Origin: Seison nebaliae
Taxonomy: Eukaryota
Length of the DNA stretch: 53,584 nucleotides
Reading direction: 5' to 3'
Assembly (NCBI GenBank): GCA_023231475.1
Contig: JALJEE010001698.1
Coordinates: 1-53,584 of the forward strand
The notes beneath the pieces are model-generated. The model made no database searches. It was given only the letters and a program-made list of their open reading frames with translations, and was not told the DNA's origin. Below are positions 13,401 to 26,413 of the stretch, piece by piece; positions within the stretch are counted from its first letter, which is position 1; each line of letters begins with the position of its first letter. A program made the position numbers and the translations under genes.

Positions 13401-14923
13401 TTATTCGCCTTTACTTTCGCTCTTCTTCTTTTTGTTGTTGTTGTTGTTGTTGTTGTCATTGTTTCATTGTTCGTTATATTTTGCTCAATTATCACCAAAT
13501 CATTAAGAGGTTCAATAATCTTCCTAGTTTGCGTCACTATTTCCTCATTCTCATCCGATGTAACATTCTCTCTAATATGATTCAAATCGAAATGTTTAAT
13601 GCTCATATTCGACAATGCCATTTGTTCGTTCAATTTATAAAAAGAATTATTTTCATAATTAATTTTAACCGTTTCCTTTTTTTCACTTTCAAATATTCTT
13701 CCTATTTCTATTGAAGCTCTGGTTGTTGTTGTCGTTATTGTCTTGATAAACGGATGAGAGAATTTTTTATTGATTATATTTGTTATCATTATCGAGTTTG
13801 TGGTGGTGGTGGTGGAGGTTGTTTTGGTAGTGATATTGGTGATTGAATTGTTTCCCATAAAATATGAAATATTTTCTCGTATGAATTTTACGATGCGATT
13901 ATAGAACGATCTATTAATTGATAAAACTGATTTAACGGATTTATGAATTATTGATAATGAATTGACGATTTTGGAGAGTAGTTTCCTCATATCAGTCCTA
14001 ATCGTTCGGTTATTCAATTCAGGAAATAGTTCTCGTAACGTAACTAATGTCCGTTGTTGATTTATTTCTTTTGTTGAATTTTCTTTCTGGTTGGGACAAC
14101 GATTATTTCCATTCTTCCTATTGTTATTTGGAGTAATTATTGTAGTAGAATCAATGTTATTCTTTTTTCCGCTTTTCATTATCGATGTCGGTAATGATAT
14201 TACTGTTGTCAGTGGTGGTAGTTTTGACGTGCTTATTTTTTCTTTAATAGTCATCGAAGTAATCGATGTAATTATCGAAGTAGTAATAGAAGTTGTTGTG
14301 GTTGGAAATAATTCATTGAAATATGATTTGTTAACGAAATATGAGTTCGGTCGATTTATTGAATCAATATCAACACACAATGGTGAACCGACTGACCAAA
14401 TACCATATGCCGTACATTCACGATAAATCCTCCCACTAATGATTTCTCGACGAAAATTTTTACATCGATAATAACAAATAGTTCCGTAAACATATTTATC
14501 ATTCTCTAATGGAATTGTATTACATTCGATAACGAAACTCTCGTCCATTTCCAGTTGACATGAACGAATCGCACAAGACATTTGAGGACCATGCCAATTT
14601 CCATAATTATCACATCGCTGATAATTAGCTATAAATATTTGTGAATTGAATGAGAATTTATTTGCTAATGGAGAAATTTTAAGTCGAAATGTTTCATATT
14701 TATCCGAATGTTTCAATTCATATCCTTTATCGCATTCCAAATAACATATAGATGGTCTACTTTTATTAACACAAATTTCACCATCACTTCCATAATAATT
14801 ACCGTTTGCTGGTCCCACCAATTCATTACATAATAATTCAGATGAACATTGGTTGATTGAGCGAAGTAGAATGAAATAGATCCAATAAATGGAAATCCAA
14901 TATGGAAATGAAAGTTTAGTCAT
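10403..14923 (-). CDS. Large secreted sushi/CCP-domain protein with Thr-rich mucin-like linker, intronless
   Basis: Hydrophobic signal-like N-terminus from ATG 14923; two CCP modules (CYLECDKGY...CDNYGNW...C; YGTICYYRC...CTAYGIWSVGSPLC); poly-Thr tracts; C-terminal ICLPIGTWFIPSFQC. Confidence 0.75.
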   Translation of the reverse strand: MTKLSFPYWISIYWIYFILLRSINQCSSELLCNELVGPANGNYYGSDGEICVNKSRPSICYLECDKGYELKHSDKYETFRLKISPLANKFSFNSQIFIANYQRCDNYGNWHGPQMSCAIRSCQLEMDESFVIECNTIPLENDKYVYGTICYYRCKNFRREIISGRIYRECTAYGIWSVGSPLCVDIDSINRPNSYFVNKSYFNELFPTTTTSITTSIITSITSMTIKEKISTSKLPPLTTVISLPTSIMKSGKKNNIDSTTIITPNNNRKNGNNRCPNQKENSTKEINQQRTLVTLRELFPELNNRTIRTDMRKLLSKIVNSLSIIHKSVKSVLSINRSFYNRIVKFIRENISYFMGNNSITNITTKTTSTTTTTNSIMITNIINKKFSHPFIKTITTTTTRASIEIGRIFESEKKETVKINYENNSFYKLNEQMALSNMSIKHFDLNHIRENVTSDENEEIVTQTRKIIEPLNDLVIIEQNITNNETMTTTTTTTTKRRRAKVKANKDNLNNENILSTSSSLILYNSSVSALNETTTKIFTRPTNITSSTRPTIVDNEKIINKLHPPHHLNISPIKNENRIYLVENDAKVSFIVAEYNMKNQISFHSPNNSFVAPTIERKRYRREVKNPRIRKFLFLFKYFMKKDKIGKRFKNQIKSFRSAISILLHHKVIGKRFKKFMKKLGQVDLLKQLFPLLFKSKSKIPSTFPTTTNPFSSTVSPVHRTSEEEALTHKLTRSPTTTTTRKMKFIEMKRNVEVVSSENSLKEFSDPNSHIGKDKSTPKTNMETTSLSPVTSLLTYLNGRTSERDDSDSDRIADVNNSSTHQINELFPDNKMRIVDKKVSISHNSTSIIKDGSERKETSNQEYSGKVSRLIDTKIRHTLQMNRTITFRYSFDFNHLQRLILYKNSSYGRSRLIFWTFDLIESLQTKFICLNNFNKFNHFTSKFLYEFNDERFCPEIDDGKRLIIQSTQNHLIEFGIENGRMFVRLWKEGYYRLHLSIEQFFQQYSHVKIDEHNLFDLIDVDLWFFFTINYLPTNKIEINVNSKSLFRLNTSIHSTRQQFFDRLQRSFKYHYFYRTIHQLYLIRYKLYRRLNLYEFFKKSMANFKKEMSNNNLSKRNSFEHNRNNSDKDFQIKNSNKILERIYFPSSIYYSRQYNDSNKRNEQLEMYYNNLRHLDIRKIMNMTDSFLTYHLTVYGRSFDYEKNDRSKLNDKKLTNNDKNHHKEFTQIDNDNAKDTYTSHLYYEKLLNNHLERIRDNSMIKSVKDYILNRMGFNEIFRYFYSNNYLSRLLNNKTYYWDDKYYGNENMIKEKRTDSTRITDVNAWSKYMEEEKMLFNLMFNCRISNEDQKRMMTFNWNNDSSHPATTSKWVKQTISDVIDIPNYIDERKCSLQFTCQLDHLTHYLKLEGRWWNVIRYGSIPLVRIYCQSAKTLKLSNPKQYFYEIQNYLSLMQERYGEIGSYGKNGTSTNSFNKFTYENLTSVKLSYVIGICLPIGTWFIPSFQCI

Positions 14924-17364
14924 ATTCGAAAAGAAGATGAATTGTGGCGATGAGAAATACAATGAAGTTTATCGATGATAAACTAGAAATATTTGTTTTT
15001 ATGAAACATAATTTTTATTCAATTATTCATGTGAATTATGAAATGATAAACAAATGATTGATTAGAAATAATCAATCATTTATCAACAAATCCTCACAAA
15101 TCAATCAGAGACGTCGATAATCCAAAAGAAGAAGTGAGAATGGAAAGAAAATGGGGAGAATAATTTTTAAAAGAATCTTCTCTAAATGAAGATTTGTCTT
15201 GGAGTACATTGATTTATTTGAGGAAAAAAGTGATTTATTCAATATTTCCTTACTCAAATTGGAAGTAGGGGAAGAGAGTTTATTCCAATTAAGACTAATA
15301 TTATAATTGGTGGGGGAGAACTCGTATTTCCCTTTTTTTTCTGACAGTTAACTAGCAAGCTAACTAGTTATTTTCTCTTGTTATTCTGTCCAGGAAAAGA
15401 AATAAAATAAAAAGAAATTTCATTTCTGTTTGCTATTTCTTTTCTACTCACTAATTTCTTCCGCTCATAATATGATAAGTGGAATGTCAATATAATTTAG
15501 TCAGTAAAACCATCCAATTTGTCAATCTTCCAGGAAAAGGAAAGTCGTTTCTTCTTTTTTTTTTAAGAGTTGACGAATGAGACTTGTTAATATTAACAAT
15601 AACATTGACATAATAACCAGATTGAGGTTTTTTCAAATGGAAATTAATCAGTTGATCTATCCGACTAATATGAATATTTGTACGACCACCTTGTCGTCTA
15701 ACGAATTGTTCTTACAGAGAGAATATTGTTCATGAGAAAAAATAAAAATTTCTTTTCGGTTTCTATTCTACATGAGAACATATTTCCGTGCAAAAGTTGA
15801 ATTGTGAAGAATAATCATCTCGATCGATAAGGAAGTTTCCTTAACATTTTCTTTTCCTCCTCTCACTTCGAAGGTGATATTAATATTCAATATTTCTTCC
15901 TTTCCCAACATATATATATCACTGCTACAAGTAGTATTCTAATCAAATATATTTACTCTTTTTTCTTACTTAAAATTATTGTGATTTTTCCGCATAATCA
16001 TCTGCATCAACTTCCACTTACTATTTTGTGTCCATGTAGTTCTGACAATTAGCTCTCGTATAAATGTGGTAATGGGAATAATTCAGAAAATAAACGATTG
16101 CATTTCTCACAATTTCCACTCGTTACATAATTTAGAGGATCTACTACATAATACTTCACTAGAAATACTAATTCCTTTCTGGAAACTAATTGCGCATAAT
16201 GAGAAATTGCATATTGACTAAATGTAGATACTAAAATATATCAGCATCAAATCGACATATATCTGTATGTGTAGACAATTAGATCAAAAGAATAATTTCC
16301 ACGAAATTGATGGTAGAGTAAGTCTGATATTTTCGTGTTTTTTAAGAATCTGATATTCATTTAAAAATGAGATTGAATCACATTTCCTCATTTCTCTCAA
16401 ATTGATTATATTACTTCCAACCATTCATTCTGATGACTACCAATATATGTATTATTTTCAATATTAATTTGAAAATTGTGGATTCTCTTTTATTCACTTC
16501 TCTTACAAATGTATGAATTGTCTATGAACAATTTATTAGAAAATACAATTGACATCATCAGATTTCCGGAAGATGAAAGATATAAAGAAAAAGTTTAAAA
16601 GATTAATAGTTTCTCTAATAGATTGGATGTTGAAGGATGTAGTAGTGTTAATAGTGGGGGGAAAAAGATTAGTGAATAAGATAAAACAAATTTTACTCGA
16701 ATAAGTCTACTGGAGAAATATAAGTGAGAGGAGTGAAGAAGGAGGAAGGAGAATATGCAAATAATCACATGTCCGTTTACATTAGCCGAAGAAGAATCGT
16801 CAAAACTTCTTCATTATTCTTCACTTCTTAATAATGTTTTATTTATTGTTTTTATCGTTGTCGAATATTTCTGGTGAAATAATTTTATTTTATTTCTTAA
16901 TTTTTAATAATTATACAACTGTCTTATCTACTATCTAAACAGTAAACCACAACATTTTGAGGTAATCTTATCAAGAAAAATTCTATTTATAAATTACATA
17001 ATTTAGACGTTTACCCAATATCAGCCAAACGGAAGATTCGTAGAAAGTAGAAAACGATTATTATTCAAATGTGAAATTAGAAACTCATTTATTTGGAGGA
17101 GAAAAAAATCGTGTATAACTTTAAATAATGTCGTGAATAAGAAGAAATGAAGACGATTTTTTGTTTGACAAAATTACTTTTTGGTTAATCAGTCAAATTT
17201 TCGTGAATTGAGTAAGTAAAAAAAACGAATATGAATTGAAAAAAAAAAGGAATAATTGTTCGTGAAAATGAATCATTCTTCAGAAATGCTTAGTAAAATG
17301 GATGAGAAAGAGAGATATGATGGGAATGTGAAGCAAGAAAGGAAAACGAATATTTATGTGATTT

Positions 17365-17896
17365 TTACGGGATGGAAACTGAATTATTATGACATGCTGA
17401 TGATTTATCAATATTATATTGATGTTTATGTGACGATAATCGATTCATTGTATTGTCAGGGAATGATGGTCGCGAATGAATATCTGATGCTGGTGAAGAG
17501 AAAGAAGTGATTGCTGGAGTGATATCTGAACGACTGATCTGATCAAGTTGATTAAGAGAGATCTGTTGTAAAAGATGTGAAGGAATATCTTGAAATTGTA
17601 ATTGTCTTTGAACGGCCTTCGGTATTGAACCACCATTTCCAACACCATCATCTGATACATTCCTCAAAATTTCGGGTGAACATTTATTATTGGAATGAAT
17701 ATAAACACCGGAATCTAAAACATTATTACGATCTTCTTCAGACATTTCGAATGAAATCGGATTATTCGAATGATTTTTTTGTCGATGTTGTTCCAATGGA
17801 GAATTAGCAGTTAAATCAATTGAATTCTCCTTATTTCCATCAACATCAAATTTCTGATATGAAACTTTTTCATTATTCTTTAAAATAAATTGATTA

Positions 17897-17927
<31 letters not shown>

Positions 17928-20382
17928 TCTCCCAATAAGTGGTGAGATTATTTGTGAGATGATTAATAGAATGTTTTAATGAATTCTCATTGATACTTGG
18001 TGTACTGGATATGGCATTAGCTAAATCATTTTTCATATGTTGAGATGTTCCTAATGAATCGATAGATGATGGTGTTTTACTTCGGAAATATTTCGAATCA
18101 ATCGATGATTTTTTATTAAAAAATATTCCATCAATTATGGATGAATTTGACATTGTCGAAGTAGTTTCTATTTGTCTCAATGAAGCAATCTCTGGAACAA
18201 TCGATCGACATGATGATTGTGATGATGATGTTGTAGATGAAGATAAAGAATTCATTTTCGTCAATGGAAATGTATCATAATCATCATGTCTCTCCTCTTC
18301 CAAATGATGTTGTGGATAATTATTGATAAGTATTCGATTATTAATGAAATTATGATCAGAATTATTATTAAATGGATTAGTCCAATTATTATTCGATTCC
18401 TCATAATTCATATGATGATAATTCTCTTCATTCTCATTGAGACATTTCACACAAAATAATCTCTGATAATCTGAACTGAACAAATAATTCTCTTCCGACA
18501 AATTGAGTAATGACATCTCACACTTCGAACAAGTAAAACAGGATTGATGAAATTTCTTTTTTGCATATTGAACTATGATCGTTTCAGATTTTGATGAATT
18601 AATCGTCTTTATTGATTTATTACAAGATGCACATTTAGGTGCAAATAATTTATAATAACATTTCACACAATAAGGAATATCAATCGATTGATTTTCTGAA
18701 TATTTTAATGTAAATTGTTTTTTATCTAATCCGATAGAACAATTGGAACATTTGAAACATTGAGGATGGAATGATTTACCAATAGCATTGAGAATCTTAT
18801 CAGTTATCATTTGATTACAATGAGCACATGATTTCATTGATAATTGATCGAAACCTGCACGATTATAATCATCCTCACAATATGTTCCATGATTGTCGAT
18901 TTTATAAAATGTTCGTCCACGAAGTGTACGATGACAAATAGAACAAACGAAACAATTTGAATGATAAAATGATCCAAGTGCATTACAAGCATCATCACTA
19001 ATTCGAACATGTTGATTACATGTTGGACAATTACCCAGCAATTCTCCAAAACTTCCTGAAGAATAAGCAGAAGATGAATTAGATATAATTCCATTTGTTC
19101 TCTCCTCACAATGATCATTTTTTCTTTTTCCATTTCTCTTCATTTTATTCTTCTTTAAACATTTCCTTTTTACTGTTCCCGTATCATTCAACTGATTATC
19201 ATCGAGTTGTTGATCGTTTTCTTGTGAAATTAAACTCATCATCGAATTTACATTCATAAGAGGAGATTTTAATAATAAATTATTCTTCTGTATCTGATAT
19301 AATTGATCCATTTGATGATTCATTTCTCGACATTTCGGATTCTCATTTTCTATTGTAATATATTTCTTCTTTCCTTTCACCGAATGAGGCAGAGCGAAAT
19401 GAGGTGAACAATTACCAATAATTTGAGAAAGCATTTCATCATTTGACATTACTGCATTAACTGTTCCATTTCTCACATGTTTCTTATGAGAATTATTCTT
19501 TCTGGTGACATTGGAAGAATCTTGAAAAACGAATTTCTCTAATTCTTTTGCAATCTGTTGAATGTTGGAGGATGTATTCGAATTTGACATGATTCGATCC
19601 GTTTGAGCAATTGAATGAGAATTGATTTTATTCGAATGACTTCCTTCACAATAGTCGACGGTGTCGGTGAGTGGAAGATATGAAGGTATGTCTCTACTCG
19701 AATTATCTGCATTAAATGACGGATGAATATTCTGCGCTACTTGTGGACTGAATATGTATGGTGAAATGAATGGTGTTCGATTATTAAATGATGATGTGAC
19801 AGCCGGTGAATTCTTCATTGACGAATGAGCCATCACATCTCCACTCTTCATAAATGCTGGAGAAGTTTTTGCTACACAACAATATGGAGGTGGTGGAGGT
19901 GGAGGTGGTGGAGGTGCTGGTAATAATTTCGTTGTTGTTGTTGATGCTGTTATTGGTGATATGGATGATGATTTTAATAATGATGAAATTTGATGATGAT
20001 TATTATTATTATTATTATTATTAAGTTTTTTCTTTTGTTCATTATTAATTGTTCGTTTCATTATTGAATCATCATTACGATTATTAACTATATTCATTAA
20101 TTGATTATGATTCATTAATTGATTATGATTCATTTGTTGTTGTTGGTGGTGGTGATGATGTTGTTGATTGTTTTGATGCTGATGATGATAATGTTGTTGT
20201 TGTTGTTGTTGGAGGTGTCGCATTTGTGGTGAGAATTGAGAAAGTCGATGAGATTGTTTCATTTTTTTCTCATTTGTAAATGTCATTGTTCGTCTCAATT
20301 CCACTGGTTGTTGTTGTTGTAAATGATGATCATTATTTGACGATATCATATACAGATCCTGCATACATTTCTTTGACGACAT
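17365..20382 (-). CDS. Ajuba/WTIP/LIMD1-family protein with three LIM domains
   Basis: Tandem LIMs with family-typical segments ACNALGSFYHSNCFVCSICHRTLRGRTFY, ILNAIGKSFHPQCFKC and FAPKCASC; Gln/His/Pro-rich N-terminus. Confidence 0.85.
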
Positions 20383-22813
20383 GACATTTATCTAAAATTA
20401 ATTCGTTTCAATTCAATAAAAATAAAGTTGATCTTTTTCTGTAAAATATTCTTTCTTCTTCCAATTCAACTTTCCCTTCAACAAATGTGAAGAAATATGA
20501 ACTTAAAAATTGACTCGATATTTTTTATAGTTGATTGACGATCGAATGAAAGAGATCATTCATTCAGTCATTTCTTCCATTCTTTCTGAAAGAAATATTC
20601 CATTCATTGATTCTTCGAAGGATTATTTTGACGCTCCTTTTCCTCTCAGCTTTTTAAATGTGTCATCATCATCATCATCTCAATTATAGTATTCTAATCG
20701 AATTCTAACACTTCTCATAAGTTCGATCACATAAATCTATCAATAATATTTCAGAGAAATGTTAGAGAAATGTGAAATTTAATATATTCATCGAATCTCA
20801 AAAAAAATATCTGATAATAAAAAAAGGAAAATATAAAAAAAAAGAAAAAATTATCTTCATTCAATTTATCATCAAAATATTATTTTTATTAATGATACGT
20901 TCATGATCAATATTCGTCGTATGTCGCTGTTCGTGAACGACAGGATTCCAATTACATAAACTCCAACAAAGGAAGTTAAATGCGATTAGGATGAAATTTA
21001 TTAATTTCCATCATCAACATCTCCTTCCATTTCTTCTTCACTTTAACTTTTTCTTTTCGTCAATATTTGTTGAAGACTTTCCTATCATTAATATCCGAAC
21101 TTCCGTTCAAACAGGAAATCGAACCGTTTTCTTTTCAGATCGATAGAATATCATCTCGTTCGATATGACTCTCAACAAATTATTTCCAACTACTAATCGT
21201 TCAATTAATTTCGTATAAACGCTCCATTCTCTCCGGAAACAAAAAGATTATTCGTGAGAAACATTTCTTTATCTCTCCCCCTCAAATTAGTTATAGTTCC
21301 AATAAAAAATTAATTAAATTTTTTTACAAGACAAAAAATTGTTCTACTTCAATTTTTCATTATTTCCACAAATTTTTAATTATTTATTTTTATTAAAAAA
21401 TATTTCTCTATTGTTTTCTGAGAAAGAAAAGACGAAAGAGAAAAAGGAATTATAATTCTAGTTAATTTGTTTGAACAACAATTGTTCTCATTCATCTTAT
21501 TTCTTCCCCCTTCTCCTTTCTCATGAGATCGAATGCGGAAATTGAAGAGAATAGTCCATGTTCATTCATAATACTCGATAGAAATGGTAAATCAGCCATT
21601 TCCAATGTAGGCAGTGAAAGAATGATGAATAAGTGAGCGAATAAGAGAATGAGTTGGAAGAAAGATGAGGAGTGGAGAGGAGGATTAATTCATCGAACGT
21701 GTCATACAGCTGTTACCTCATCGTCAAATTAATTAGTTAACTAAAGAAATAATAATAGAGTATATTTAATAAATTATTTTGATATCGATATTATGTTGCA
21801 CGTGAGAAGTTTTATAGAGTAGTAACATAAATTTCATGCATTCATTTCCCCCCCAACATGACATCAATTGCTTTTTTACAACAATATTTTTTTTAGTAGT
21901 TAGGCGTGAGCGCAACATCCGTCTAACTTAACATATTGAGATTTGTTGGGAGAGAAGCATGACTCTCGAGAACAATAAGTAATTGAGGAAATAACTGATA
22001 TAAATATGAATTGTTCCATATTCGAATTGTGTTTATATACGTTACTATGACAACCTGTCGATGTCCTACCAATTGTGCAATTGGAATTATATGGTATGTT
22101 ACGTTATCGAATCGAATATAACATTATTTCGTTATAAAATACAATTCTACTTCCAAGTCTTTCTAAGGAGAACAATTCTTTCTCTAAAGCTAATTCAGTA
22201 AACAACTGAAGAATATATTAGAAGAATTTTGGAAGAATATGCAAATTTCAATTAAATTTGCAAACTTACAAATTTCCAATTTACACTTTCAACAAAAATA
22301 TTAATTTCAAATAATTTTTTTGAGATATATATATATATCTATTTATATCATACGATATATCGAAATGAATCATTTGAATAAATGGGGAGTGTATGTCGAC
22401 ATATATCACGATTGTGATATATAATAATTTAGGAATCGAATTTAGCGCTTGAGTCAACCTCAATTGAACGAATTGTTTTTCGATTTATACTACTATCGGG
22501 AAAGTACTACCTTGTCCTCACTCATTTCAGATATGAGACGAATGGACAAATATTAGTAATCTAATCTTGAATATCAGTGTAATTTGATTATATGATCATA
22601 TAACTTTGTTGTTGATAAGATAGAAATCAATTATGAAAGGGGAGAATTGATGAGAATAAAATTAAGAAGATGGGAATGAGATCAAATTCAATATTGAAAT
22701 AAGAATTGATTCATTTACTTAACAATCTGAATAATATGAAGAATCAATAAGAATTTAATATTATCTTTTCCTTTCGTTATTTTACAATGATTATGCTCAA
22801 CAGCTGAATAGAT

Positions 22814-22825
<12 letters not shown>

Positions 22826-22849
<24 letters not shown>
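22826..22849. repeat. (GA)n microsatellite
   Basis: agagagagagagagagagagagag visible directly. Confidence 0.9.
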
Positions 22850-24115
22850 TGGAATCGTTCAAATTAATGACATAATTCCCAGTAGATGCAACTTGCAACG
22901 ATCGACAACTTATCCAGTTCTCATATCTATTGAGAACTTTTGTCGATGATCGATAAGAGGTAATGGAAATGGAGGAGGCCATAGCCTGACATGAAAGTTT
23001 AGACAATCAGAGAAATAATAATATTAATATAAATAACTAAAGGTTCAAGGTGATCGACAATGACGATCGAAATAAAGTAGAAAAGGCAAAATACGAATTC
23101 TGAGAATTACATTCTTTACATAAAATCCTTTTGTCTTCCTCGATGTGTGTAATATGACAATTTTGAATCAACAACAAACTCTTGAAACTTTTTTTATTAA
23201 ATAAAAAAGAAAGAAATTCCTGGAAGTATATCCAACAGTTACATCTAACTAATAGTAAGATATTATAGTGAGCAGTTTGACGTGTCTATCAAATCTCTCG
23301 ATTGGACATAGAAGAGAATTTATGAAATTTATATAAAATATTTGTGAGAAGGACCTCCTCTTCGAACATTCGAATTCTTTCAATTATAAAAATAAATAAA
23401 AATTTTGTCATTGTCAAAATAATTTTCTTCTTCATTCAATTTCACGAGGAAAGTCATCATTCATGTTAGTAAGAAGAAAAAAGAGAAGTTTCTCGTCGTG
23501 GACATTTCATTCAGGAAGACTAACAAATAACATGTTCCGATAAAACGATTCCACATATATTTATTACGAGAATGATGGAAACAAAGGACATCATTTCTCT
23601 TCGCAGTTAGTTCGTTGCACATACACATCCAATTACACTTGTAACGAATGAATAAATATTGTTATTGTACTAATGAAAATCAACTTCCATTTAACCGATT
23701 TCCAATGACTTTAAACTAATTCAAGAAGAGTTAAAATGCAGATACATAGACTGACATCTCTCAACACAATATAAAATAATGGAATTAATAAAATATTTCT
23801 GTACTTTCCATTCACTCTGTACTGTACATTGGCAGAAAAATGAAATTTCCTTCTATTTTAGTCGAATTTCAGCCTAAATTTAAAATATTGCCAACATTTC
23901 AAATTGAAAATCGTATTTTCGTTACAAAACTCTCATTGTGATAGGATTACAGCGCATGTTTGAGAAATTGGTATTTGTAATTTCCATCGTCTATGACCAA
24001 CTACTTTCATTTGTATCATTCACAAAAGAATAACTTTACAAGATTTCTTTTTCATTTCAGATTATTGTTTTATTCTCTCAAATTTTATTCTCTCAAATTT
24101 TATTCTCGATCAATT

Positions 24116-26139
24116 ATGCCAAAGAAGGATAAAGTTATAATTAACTCATCTCTTTCTAATATTCTCTTCTCTTACAGGTATTTGTAGAACATGCAATGCG
24201 AACAAGATCGAAAGGAAAACCGTCTTTTACGAAGTTTTATATTTTAATTCTCTTCATTCATCTCTTTCCCTCATTTCAGTAAACGATTAAGTCAATTGAC
24301 AAAATCGACGAAGGTAAAAAAGATGAAGAAACAAGTGGAAAAGCCAGTGGTCAGCACTGACGAGGATGATGTTCAACCATCAGTTCTTAAGAATGTAATG
24401 GTGGCAGTGGTGGATAATGTGAAAGAAAAAACGACAATAAGTGAGATAGAAAATAAGAATGAAGATATTATCGATGAAATAATATATTCCGATTCTGATG
24501 GAAATGAAATTGAAAAGAAGAATGAGAAAGAAGAAAATAAAGATAAATTAGGAAACGATGAAGAAGAAGATAATGAAAATAAATTAGAAAGTGAAAATAA
24601 CGAGGAATTGGAAGAGAATGAAATAGAAAATGAAGATGATAAAGAATCAAATGAAGATAAAGTGGAGAGCGAAAATAATAAGGAATCGAAAGAAGATGAA
24701 ATGAAAAATATTAGAAAAGAAGAATCTTATGATGGTGATGAAAAAATAAACAAATCCGATTATGAAGAATTGGTTGCAAGTGTAGAACAATTAGAAAAAT
24801 CTATTGAAGAACAAGTGGTTCCGATGACGAGTGACACTGAAGATGAAGAAAATGATGAAGATAAAGAGGATGGAGATAAAAATGATAAAGTTGGTGAAGT
24901 TTCCGCAAAGAATTTAGGTCGACAATTAAATCGAATAACAACATCCGATGGAAAGAAAAGAAATTTCCATATAATTTCTTGGAATTTCGCCGCTTTGAGA
25001 GCATTCTTTAAAGTTTCCATTTTTGATATCTTTTCAATTATTATATATTTTCATTTTTTACATTGATTATAATTAGAACAATGGACATGACTTTTTGAAA
25101 ATGGAAAAACCGGATGTTATTTGTATTCAAGAGATCAAATGTCAAGAAGATCAAGTTCCTCCGTCCGTCGAAGAATCATTTCCAGATTATGAACAAATCT
25201 GGTGGAGTGGTTCCTACTACTAATGATTTATCAATTTAATTCGATTTATTTTTAATTTAGCTGATCGTAAAGGAAATTGGGGAACGGGAATTTTGACGAA
25301 AGTGAAACCCATATCGATTCAAAAGGGATTCGGTTTGAAATTTTTAAAAATTATTTCTTTAATTTTCTTTTTTTTTTCAGATAAAGAAAATTCGAAACTT
25401 TTCAATGACAATGAAGGACGTGTTATTACTGTTGAATTCGAAAAATTTTATTTGATTAATACTTGTTAAATTTCATATTTCTTCCTTATTTTATTCTTTC
25501 TTTAGACGTGTTAAATTCGGGTGCACAACTGAAACGATTAACGGAACGAGTAGAGAAATGGGACTTGGCACTAATAAATCATTTGAATAAATTGAATAAG
25601 AATAAACCAATAATATGGTGTGGTGATTTGAATGTGTGTCACATGTCTCAAGATATAAAGAATGCAACTACTAATATTAAAAGCAGTGGTTTTACACCAG
25701 AAGAACGATTATCATTCCAATGGATGTTAGATGGAGGAATTAAAGAGAAAATATCTCAACGTAAACGTCTAAATAATGGTTCTCTTAAATTTCATTTAAT
25801 TTTATTATTATTTATCAAAATTTAGAGAAACTTTTGGACGATCGATCGTTGAAAAGTAAGGGCAATAAATATGTTGATGTGTTTCGTCACTTTTATCCGG
25901 ATGTCAAAGAAATCTATTCTTATTGGTCTGTCAAAGGAACTGCTCGACAAAAGAATGTGGGATGGTTAATTTTCATTCTTTCATTAGTTTTAAAATTTAA
26001 TTCTTTTTTTTTTCTTAGGCGTTTAGATTATTTCATTACAACTCCTTCATTCGTTGAAGAACATGTTTGTGATTGTATAATTCATGATGATGTGAAAGGA
26101 AGTGATCATTGTCCAATTTCAATTTATCTCTCAATATGA
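24116..26139 (+). CDS. APEX1: ExoIII/Xth-family AP endonuclease (APEX1/Rrp1-like), 9 exons, long acidic N-terminal extension
   Basis: Eight GT-AG introns rebuild ISWN, PDVICIQEIK, EGRVITVEFEKFYLINTYV, IWCGDLNV, GFTPEER, VDVFR, NVGWRLDYF and GSDHCPI. Confidence 0.9.
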
Positions 26140-26237
26140 GATAATCTCAATTCGAAAATACTTTAGAGCAGATCGTTTTGAAAATTTATTGTAAAAAATT
26201 TTTGTAATTGGAAAACATTATTAGTTTTGATTAATTT

Positions 26238-26413
26238 TTAAATTTTTCTTTTTGTCTTTTGGCGACGACATGGAGGTAAATGACATTCGCGTATTTCTTC
26301 GGTCGAATCACAATTTATTCCACTGGTCACTGTTCTCGTTCGTTTTTGAATGGAACCATTTCCACAAGACTTGTTACAGGTAGACCATGTGGACCATTCG
26401 CTCATTGTACAAT
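26238..26413 (-). other. F-spondin distal terminal exon encoding a final TSP1 repeat
   Basis: aaacag| acceptor in the same phase; CTMSEWSTWSTCNKSCGNGSIQKRTR...C....EIRECHLPPC*. Confidence 0.85.

Noticed and set aside
11275..14426. Antisense ORFs of 60-114 aa here and over other genes
   Set aside because: Shadows of the coding strand and its low-complexity codons; no motifs.
19880..20330. CAA, CAT, AAT and CCA triplet runs
   Set aside because: Ordinary coding poly-Q/H/N/P tracts.
23971..24060. Possible APEX1 5' UTR intron with a GTA donor ending at ttcatttcag
   Set aside because: Cannot be verified without transcripts. If real it is a constitutive GTA intron of about 85-90 nt and would weaken the 'alternative only' part of the top finding.
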